Source: the human T2T-CHM13v2.0 reference genome, Homo sapiens
Direction: 5' to 3' (one strand)
NCBI RefSeq assembly: GCF_009914755.1
Contig: NC_060928.1
Length of the DNA stretch: 64,000 nucleotides
Below the pieces are notes generated by a model, which had not been told where the DNA came from, did no database searches, and was given only the letters and a program-made list of their open reading frames with translations. This document shows positions 54,482 through 64,000 of this stretch, piece after piece (positions within the stretch are counted from its first letter, which is position 1; each line of letters opens with the position of its first letter). Made by a program: the position numbers and the translations under genes.

Positions 54482-54750
54482 TTTTTTTAAAGTAGAGTTT
54501 CACTCTTGTTGTCCAGGCTGGAGTGCAATGTCTTGATCTCAGCTCACCACAACCTCCACTTCTCGGTTCAAGCAATTCTCCTGCCTCAGCCTCCTGAGTA
54601 GCTGGGATTACAGGCATGCACCACCACGCCTGGATAATTTTGTATTTTTAGTAGAGATGGGGTTTCTCCATATTGGTCAGATTGGTCTCAAACTCCCAAC
54701 CTCAGGTGATATGCCCACCTTGGCCTACCAAAGTGCTGGGATTGCAGGTG
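54482..54750 (-). mobile_element. Alu (AluSp/Sq-like), slightly 5'-truncated
   Basis: gagttttcactcttgttgtccaggctgg..aagtgctgggattgcaggtgt. Confidence 0.92.
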
Positions 54751-57635
54751 TCAGGTGTTTCATTTTGAGTTAATTTTTGAGTATGGTGTCAAAAATCAAT
54801 GGACCGTAAATGTGTAGGTTTCTTCCTAGGCCCTCTATTTTGTTCCATCTGTCTATTTTTATGCCAGTATCATGCTGCTTTAATAACTATAGCATTGTAT
54901 CATATTTGACATCAGGTAGTATAGTGCCTTCAGTTTTTATCTTCTTGCTCAAGATTTATTTGGCTATTTGGAGTTGTTTGTGAATGCATACAAATGTAAG
55001 GATTTTTTCTATTTCTTTGAAAAATGTAATTGACAATTTGATAGTGATTTCATTAAATCTGTAGATCACTTTGGGTAGTATGGATATTATAACAATTTTA
55101 ATTCTTCCAATTCATGAACACCAAATATCTCTCCATTTGTGTCTTCAAATTATTTCATCAGTGGTTTATAGTTTTCAGTGTACAGGTCTTTTACCTGCTT
55201 CATTAAATTTATTCCTAAATAATTCTTTTGGAGCTACTGTTAATGGAATTGTTGATTTTTTTTCAAATAGTTTGTTATTAGTGTATAGAAGCACTACTGA
55301 TTTTTGTTTGTCTGTTGTGTATCCTGCAATTCATTTATTAGTTCTAAGAATATTTTTGCCAAAGTTTTTAGGGTTATATATATATTATATTATATTTTAT
55401 ATATAATTTACATAGATAGAAAACCATGCCATCTGCAAGAAGGGACAATTTAATATCTTTCTTTCTGATTTGGATACCTTCTTCTCTTTCATTTGCTTAA
55501 TAACTTGAGCTAAAATATCCAATAATATGGTAAATAGATGTGGGAAGAGTAGGCATTCTTTTCCTATTTCTGATCTCAGAGGAAAAGTTTTCAATGTTTC
55601 ACCATTGAGTAGAATGTAAGCTGTGGGTTTTTCATATATGACTTTTACTGTGTTGTGATACATTCCTTCTACATAAAATTTCTTGAGAATTTTTATCATG
55701 AAAGGATTTGAATTTTGCCAAATGTGTTTTGGCCTCTGTTGAGATGATCTATTGGTCTTTATTCTCTTATCATTGCATATCACCTTTATAGATTTGCGTA
55801 TGTTGAACCATTCTTGAATTCCAGAGATAAATCCCAATTGATTATGGTGAATAATCATTTTACTGTAATGTTAAATTTGGTGTTCTAGTATTTTTGCATG
55901 CACGTTTGTCAGGAATACTGGTTTAAAATTTATTTTCTTTTAGTGTCCTTGTCTCACTTTGATATCAGAGTAATGACGGTGAGGTGCAATGAGTTTAGAA
56001 GTATTCCCTCTTCTTCAATTTTCTGGGAGAGTTTGAGAAGGACTGATATTCTTCTTCTTTATATATTTGGTAGAATTCACCAGTAAAGCTGTCAGGTCCT
56101 GAGCTTCTCTTTTAATGAGAAATTTATTTTTATTGAATAAATCTTCTTACATTTTTTGCCTGTCAGATTTTCTGTTTCTTCATGACTCAATCTTGACAAA
56201 TTGCATGTGTCTGGAAATTAATCCATTTCTTCTAAATTATCTATTTTTTGGTATTATATAATTGTTCATAATAATATCTTTTGAGACTTTATATTTCTGT
56301 GATATTAGTTGTAATGTCTCCTCTTTCACTTTTGATTTTTTTTATTTGTATCATCTCTCTTTTTCTCTTCACTAATATAGCTAAAATTTGTCAACTTTGC
56401 TTTTCTTTTTAGAAAACCAACTCTTACTCTCATTGATATTTTCTGTCATTTTTCTGGTCTTTATTTCATTTCTGCTCTGATCTTTATTATTTCCTGCTAA
56501 CTCTGGGCTTTCTTCTTTTTTTCCTAGTTCCTTGATGAGTAAGTAATGCTGGATTGTTTTTGAGATTTTTCTCTTTTTTTGATATAGGAGTGTACTGCTA
56601 TGAACATTTCTTGTAAAACTGCTTTTGCTGCACTCCGTAAGTTTTGATATGTTGTGTCTCCATTTTTTGTTAATCTCATGATATTTTTAATTTTTTAAAA
56701 AATTTATTCTTTGATTCATAGACTGTTGGAGACCCTGCTGTTTAATTTCTACATGTTTGTGTGTTTCTAAAATTCCTCCTATTATTGGTTTCTAGTTTCA
56801 CACCTTTATATTTAGAAATGATACTTGATAGGATTTCAGTCTTTTTAAATTTGTTAAGACTTGCTTTGTGGCCTAATATATGGGCTATCACAGAGAATGT
56901 TTATCTGTCTGTCTATTCAGGTATATCAATGATTACCTTGAATGTAAAGGAAATATACTAGCCAATTAAAAGACATAGACTGGCTAAATGAATTTTTTAA
57001 AAATAAGGCCAATTATATGTTGCCTACAAGAGGCTCACTTCAGCTTTAAGGGTACACACCCGCATTGAAGGAAGAATTATATACAGCAAATATTAATAGA
57101 TATTCAAAATTGTTATATCCTTTTGATAAATATTTGATAAATATTAACAATTATTATATCCTTTTTACATGTTGACCCTTTTTATTATATTATTAATATA
57201 TAATAAATATATATTCCTTGTTTTTAAAGTATTAGGCTTAAAGTCCATTTTATCTCATGTAAATATAGCTACTTCTTCTCTCTTTTGATTTCCATTTACA
57301 TGGTATACTTTTTTTCATCCCATCACTTTTAAAGCTGAAGTGAACCTCTTGTGGGCAACATATACTTGGCCTTATTTTTAGAATATACTGAAATTAAGTA
57401 TATATTTACTTTACCAGTGAGTTTTATACTTTTATATAATTTCAAATTACTAATTAGTATCCTTCGCTTTCACTTTGAAAAGCTCTCTTTTGAAGAAAGA
57501 AGAAAGGTCTAATGTGTGAACTATGTCAGCTTTTGTTTGTCTGGAAAAACCTTTAACCAATTTTCATTTCTGAAGGACAGCTTAGCTCGTAAAGTATTCT
57601 TGGTTGATAGTCTTTTTCTTCAGCATTTTTGAATA

Positions 57636-57973
57636 CAGTAGTATTTCCTCATCCACCATCTTCCTCTCCATAGTTTCATTTACCTGTTGTGCACAGTGTT
57701 CCAGACATATTAAATAAAATATTCTAGAACTAAACAATTCATAAGTTTGAAGTTGCATGACATTCTGAGTAACATGATGAAGTCTCGTGTCATCCTCTCC
57801 ATCCTATGCAAGATGTGAATCTTCCCTTTGTCCCATATAGCCATGAAGGACACTCTACACAAATATTACTGCATAGGAAAAGTGTCACGTATAAGATTTG
57901 GTATTATTTGCAGATTCAGGCATCCACTGGGAGTCTTGAAATATATTCCTGATGGATAATGTGGAAACTACTG
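57636..57973. mobile_element. MER44-like TcMar-Tigger MITE
   Basis: Terminal inverted repeats cagtagt../..actactg flanked by TA; aaacaattcataagttt and ttcaggcatccactgggagtcttg motifs. Confidence 0.85.
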
Positions 57974-58869
57974 TACATCATCCCATTCTCTGTTGGAATC
58001 TAAGGTTACTGCTAAAAATGTCTGCTGGTAGCCTTACTAAACTCCCTTATACGTAATATGTTTTCTTTATCTTGATGTTTTAGGATACTCTCTGTTTTTT
58101 ATATTTTCCTGTTTTATTATAACATGCCTTGGTATTGTCTTATATGGATTAAATATGATTGAACACCTTTAACTTTTCCCAGATTTGGAAAGTTTTTAGC
58201 CTTTTTTTTTAAATAAGTATTCTGCTTTTTTGTCTCTCTTTCTCCTTTAAATTCTGTCCTTTGAATATTTGCACTTGTGATGATGTTCCAAAATCTTTCT
58301 TATTTTCTTTTATTTTTCCCTCTGAGTGTACATTTTCAGATAAACTGTCTTTGCTTCATATATATTTTTTTCTGCTTCTTACTCTTTCTGCTGTCGATAG
58401 TCTCTATTGCATTTTAAATTTCCTTCTTTATAGTTTTTCAGCTCCAGAATTTCTGCTTTTTTAATATATGTTTGGCTTTCTGTTTAATTTCTCATTTTAC
58501 CCATTGTTTATTGTTTACCTAATATCACTATATAGTTTCTGTGTATTTTTCTTGAAATTTGCTGAGGTTTTTAAAAACAATTATGAATTCTTCATCAGGC
58601 AGTTTACAAATCTCTATCTTTTTTGAGTCTGTTACCGGTATTTTATTTTGTTTATTTAGTGGAAGCACGTCTTTCAGATTATTATTGATTCTTGTGGCCA
58701 CTTGCTGGTGACTGCACATTCGACAACATAGTAACTTATTTCAGTCTTTGAATACTGGTTTTGTTTGGGCAAGCCAGTCTGTTCATCTAGAGATTTGAGG
58801 TAAGTCACCTTTCCTACAACATCTACAACATTTGGGGCTGTAGAATATTGGAACCATCAAGGATCTAAG

Positions 58870-58955
58870 AGATAGGCATCATCTGACAACCAAAAATGTT
58901 TACAGATCCTACCAAATGTCTCAGTGGAGAAATAGCCACAGGTTGAGAATCGCTT
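58870..58955 (+). mobile_element. MER20-like hAT fragment
   Basis: tgacaaccaaaaatgtttacaga..ccaaatgtc..ggttgagaatcgct. Confidence 0.65.
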
Positions 58956-59845
58956 TTTAAAAGATTCCCAAGTTACCCAACTAGCCACTTAAAAGTGTGT
59001 GTTCTTGAGCTCTCTTCTTGGAAAGACTGTGGAAAAGGGGCAACCTTTTTCGCTAGTATCAGGGATGCTACCCATCCTGAAGGCCCATAGTAAAATTGCT
59101 GGCTTGTCTTAAGTGACAAAGCTGACCTAGTTCCTTCAGGAATTCACTACCTTGCAGTGACCAATCCCTTCTTCTCTATGGACGTGATGACGTGATGGGA
59201 CCCATGTTGTAAGAACTTTAATTTTATCCACACCCCTACCCACTGGAGGTAGATACACTCCTTTTCCTAACTGCTGGATCCTGTGGAGGCCGGAAGTAGC
59301 AACCACATTTCATTTATTCAATCTTTGTTTTCTGTCAACAGTTACATTACTAGAGAAATAAATCTGCTCCTATTTCAACTTTGAAGTTAAAATCTAAAAC
59401 TAATTTGCTTTCAAATAAATTGTTTGTTTATTTATAAAACATGCTTGTTTACATTTTACATCTATTCAAAAGGTGATCTTGGTGTGTCTTTCAGTGACTT
59501 AAATTTTTCTGAGAATTGTGATTGGATGTCACCACAGGTCCAAATTTCCTTTTCTGGAGAAAATAATAAGTAAAACCAGTAAAGATTTCCACCTTTGCCT
59601 GAGTCATCAGACTTGGCTAGTAGAGGCCCAGAGTCCGCAAGCAGGCTGATCCACTCTCATCCAACCTCAATGCTAAACAAGCAACCAGAGCTCTGGGACT
59701 ATCGAATTTCCAGACAAGTGAAAAACATTCACATTCAGAAAGAAGGTGTGAGTAGTGTCCTTAATATCTGAATATAGCTTTTCATTTAATTTTTTTGTCA
59801 AAAATTAACTGAAATAATTTTGACCCCTCCCGGTTTATTGGTTTT

Positions 59846-60330
59846 GCATCAGTATTTTGTGCTGTATAATAGAATCACCCAGAAACTTAAAAGACTGAAA
59901 ACACAACCCTTTATTTAGCTCAATGTTCTGGGGGATGACTGCTTGGGCTACATGGCTTCGTTCAGCTATATGGTTTCTCTGCTGGTTTCAACTGGACTCA
60001 CTCACTCACTCACATATCTGCTTGTTTGCAGGTCACCTAGCTCTGCTTCTAGGGGTTGACTTGTTGTAAATTGGACTGACAGGGGCAACTGGGCTACATG
60101 TTTCTCATTATCCAACAAGCTAGCTTATGCTTCTTTACCTGCAAGAACAGAAGCTTCAAGAGGGCTTGAATCCAAAGCTGAGAACATTCAAAACATTACT
60201 TCTATCAGATTCCTTGCTCAAACCAAGTCACAAGACAAGCCCAGATTCAAGCCGTTGAGGAATAGAGATTCTACCTCTTGATGGAAGATACTGTAAAGTA
60301 TTTCAGTCATGTTTGTAATTTATTACAGGT
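59846..60330 (-). mobile_element. MLT1 (F/G/H-like) LTR
   Basis: tttatttagctca..ctctgctgg..caagtcacaagacaagcccagattcaag..ctacctcttgatggaaga. Confidence 0.7.
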
Positions 60331-61389
60331 GTTCTGAATTTGATTTATTTTGTAATGAAAAAATAATTAAAATTGGTATCTTTCAAAAAGGAAGACATGC
60401 TTAATTTCATCAAACCTTACAACACTGGAGCTCTGCAATGTAAGACACAGGATTGTGCAATGTTTATAAATTATTCTCTTCAAAAACCAGGCACAGAGGA
60501 TTATAATTTGCAAATAGGTAGACCTTGGAAAAGGGCATTTCTTCTTGGAAAATTGACTACCAAGTTTTTCTCTGCTTTCTATTTTTTGCCTCGTTTATTC
60601 CTCCTATCCAAACACTTGATTCTTAAATATCTTCTGATTATAGAGAAGAAATCATATTTTTTCTTTTTTATCAAAATTGAATAAATATTTTACCATCTAC
60701 TCTTACGCAGTTCCTTGCAATAGTTGTCTATTGATTCATTTCCCTTTAGGAAACAAAAATCACAATTCAATTAATATGCCCAGGATCTTTTAAGAAAGTA
60801 TTTTTGATTCATATTCAGATAACAGATGCTCTAAGGCTATGTAAACTACATAACTTTCTCTCTGTAGTATGGACAATTATAAGTACTTTGCTTTTGGCTT
60901 ATTTCCATATCTTTTAAGAGACAAACATCTGAATTATATATCATGTGTGGTATTTGCATACTTGCAAATATATTACTCACACAAAGATTTCACTTATAAG
61001 CTTAAAAATGACCAAATCATTTGTAGAGAATTATAGGGGGAAGAGTTATATTAAGTTTGCAATTTTGTGCTCATATCTTATATAATTTCTCTTGAAGAGA
61101 TATGTTTACACAGATAAGATATGTTTATAGTTAAAGAAGGCCATGGACCAAAGGAGAAAGACTTATGCCATGGAGATATGTAAGACAGAAGAAAAGGTGA
61201 GGTGGAAGGGAGTGATGGAAAGAAGTATAAAAATAACAGAAAAGGTAACATATGAATTATCTTTCCCCTTCTTTCATAGTTTTATTTGCTTCTACTCTTT
61301 CCAGCATGAGCTGCACAATAAAAGAAATTCATGTTATTGAGGATTCCTGAATCCTCAAGCATCCTTTGAAAGTACTCATGGTTTAAATT

Positions 61390-61600
61390 AAGAAGACACA
61401 CATGAGTGGATTGACTTGAGTTCAGATCCAGCCCTCTCCCACATTTACCAACCGAGATGAGTTGAGTAAACCACATTGATCCCCATTTTCTTCAATAGCA
61501 AATTGAACATGTTACTAGCTACCTATCAGTGTCGATGTAAAATCTGATTATATCGAACAATTATAATGTTTACTGAAGAGTACAATAGTTCAATGAATGA
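61390..61600 (+). mobile_element. MIR fragment
   Basis: ttgagttcagatccagccctctcccacatttacc. Confidence 0.5.
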
Positions 61601-63301
61601 TTAATGTTTTATTTACTTACAATAATATATTTAATATATTTTTTGTGAATTGGAGAACCATTCTCTATTCTGTCTCCAGTATACATGAAGGATTTTTATA
61701 TTTGTTGTAAATAAAATATTTGTCCATTAAACATTAGCAAGTATTTTCATTGAGCAAATGTAGCTGCACTATTTAAAACCTTGGGGATAAGAGTAAATTT
61801 AGAGTGCATATTTCTTATATTTATATGTTTATGAGAAAATCAAGAAATTAAAAATTTATATGTAAAAGTTGATTCAACTAAAGAACATTTTTAAAAAAGG
61901 CTCATCAGTATTACTGATGGTAATGTAAACAATGTAAACTATACTTTTATGACTTAGCAATTATTTAGTAACTTCACTCATAATATGGTGAAGGAAGTAT
62001 TGCAACATACAGAACTACTAAGCATATTTCATATATATTGACACATCTCTAATTTCAATAAGATAGTATATAAACTTAGAAAACATTAAATTATAGCTTC
62101 AGTTTGGTACAGTTTTAATACCATGTTTTAAGAGTCAACTACTAACTTTAATTTTTCAGCTTTTCTGTTTTGCCAAACATGTTAAATACTTAGAGAAAGT
62201 AAATAAATATAATTGTATACTCTCTCAATTACTGAGACAGTGGTTAAGATAGGCCAAGTATCATGCTAAAGAGATAAAAGGATTAATCACTGACTTCAGG
62301 AAGTACCTGCTGTAGTGCAAGAATCATTATTGAATTTTAATAATTATAAATCTAAAAATCATTTAACAATTATATATCATTAAAATTGGTATCTCTGTGA
62401 CAAGAATCCCATACTTCAATGACTTTTTTCCTCTTGCTTGTTTGGACAACAACTACCTCCTTTTTTTAATCTCACTAAAGCTTTCAAAATTCAGTGCTCA
62501 CATTGATTCCTTTGGACATGTTTTCTGACCTCATCGAAGACCTGGTGACCTATATATGTCCCTGAACACTATATTAACCTTTTCCACAAGATGTAGGATA
62601 TTGGAGTAGTGTGTGCCTCTGCTAACACAATGCCAACAGAGAAAAGACATAGGAGAGATGTTTTTTCTGTGAAAACTATACCTACACAATACAAATGTTT
62701 GGGTGTTTGTGTGTGTGCAGAAATTGTTTTCATTTACCACATACTATCAATGTCTTGATTAAAACAATCTATTGACTACAGTAGAAAGAGATCCATACCA
62801 CGTTTCATGGCTCATTGAGCCGATATTATTTTTCCCTAGCTCCGTATAAAACCCTTTGTTGTTTTCTTCAGTCCTAACAATGTTTTTTTTTCCATCTCTT
62901 TTCCCCCGGTTGTTTGAAAATTTCAAACCACGGCCCTCTTTGGAAATTTGTACAAATGTTTTCTCAAAGTGCACAATGCTCGCATATGTTCATGCCTGAT
63001 TGTTCATTATTCACATCACAGCTTAAAATATGTCATCTTAAGAGAAGACATTCAGAGCATTTGTTCTAAAATAGCCGTCAAACCTTTTTTAGTCTCTCTC
63101 TATGCCACTGCCCCACGTTTCCATTTTTGGTAACATCTGTTCTAGGTTTTAAAATTACCTTACTCAATTTAAAAAAAAAAAAATAGAGTCTATTTGCACC
63201 AGTTAGAATGTAAGTTTTGAGAAGGCCAAGTCCCCAGTGTTTTGTTATGAAGTAAATGTTCAAGGAATATGTGCTTGTGGGTGCATGTATGTGTATGTTT
63301 A

Positions 63302-63650
<349 letters not shown>

Positions 63651-64000
63651 ATTGTGAGTGTTAGTTTGGCTTTTGAATAGTCAGACTCCCTGACTCCCTT
63701 CATTCACACTTCCTTCTTAAACAAAGAATGGGTGTTTTATCTCCCAGAACACCTCTAAGTCAATGCTACATCCCCTACTTGTGTTGAAAGAAAGTTTATT
63801 ATCACAGTGCTAAAGGGCTCACTCAGATCTCCTTTTACCCTGAAAATGTTAAGATAGCTGCTGTGCTACTCATAGAAAAAGTGATAGAGAAAACTGCCCA
63901 CTGCTTGGTTTATTGCCTTCCAAGTCAGTTATATTTTTCATTTTAAATCTGAAAGCTAATCAATACACTGGGATGTATTCCAGGTATATTTTTAAGACAG

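Noticed and set aside
55397-55858. 153-aa reverse-transcriptase-like ORF as a functional RT
   Set aside because: It is a fragment of a frameshifted, interrupted old L1 ORF2.

Overview
AT-rich, repeat-dense primate DNA (catarrhine, probably human or ape, judged from the Alu S/Y, HERV-H LTR7, THE1/MST, L1, L2 and MIR content). It looks intergenic or deep-intronic. I found no credible host protein-coding exon, tRNA, rRNA or CpG island; the listed ORFs are Alu-, L1-, ERV- or microsatellite-derived or unrecognisable. Main points: (1) three HERV-H LTR7 solo LTRs lie within 2.2 kb (3270-5462), each with its own 5-bp target-site duplication (TSD), arranged <- -> ->, and the middle one has lost its TATA box. 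(2) A decayed minus-strand ERV1 (MER4-group) provirus at ~36.9-43.7 kb has mismatched LTRs (MER31-like and MER57-like), pol and env remnants, and a ~1 kb insert of non-viral DNA carrying a MIR and a bidirectional polyA palindrome. (3) An old L1 contains a local inverted duplication (~56.9-57.4 kb). Repeat subfamily names come from remembered consensus sequences, not a database search, and boundaries of old repeats are approximate.
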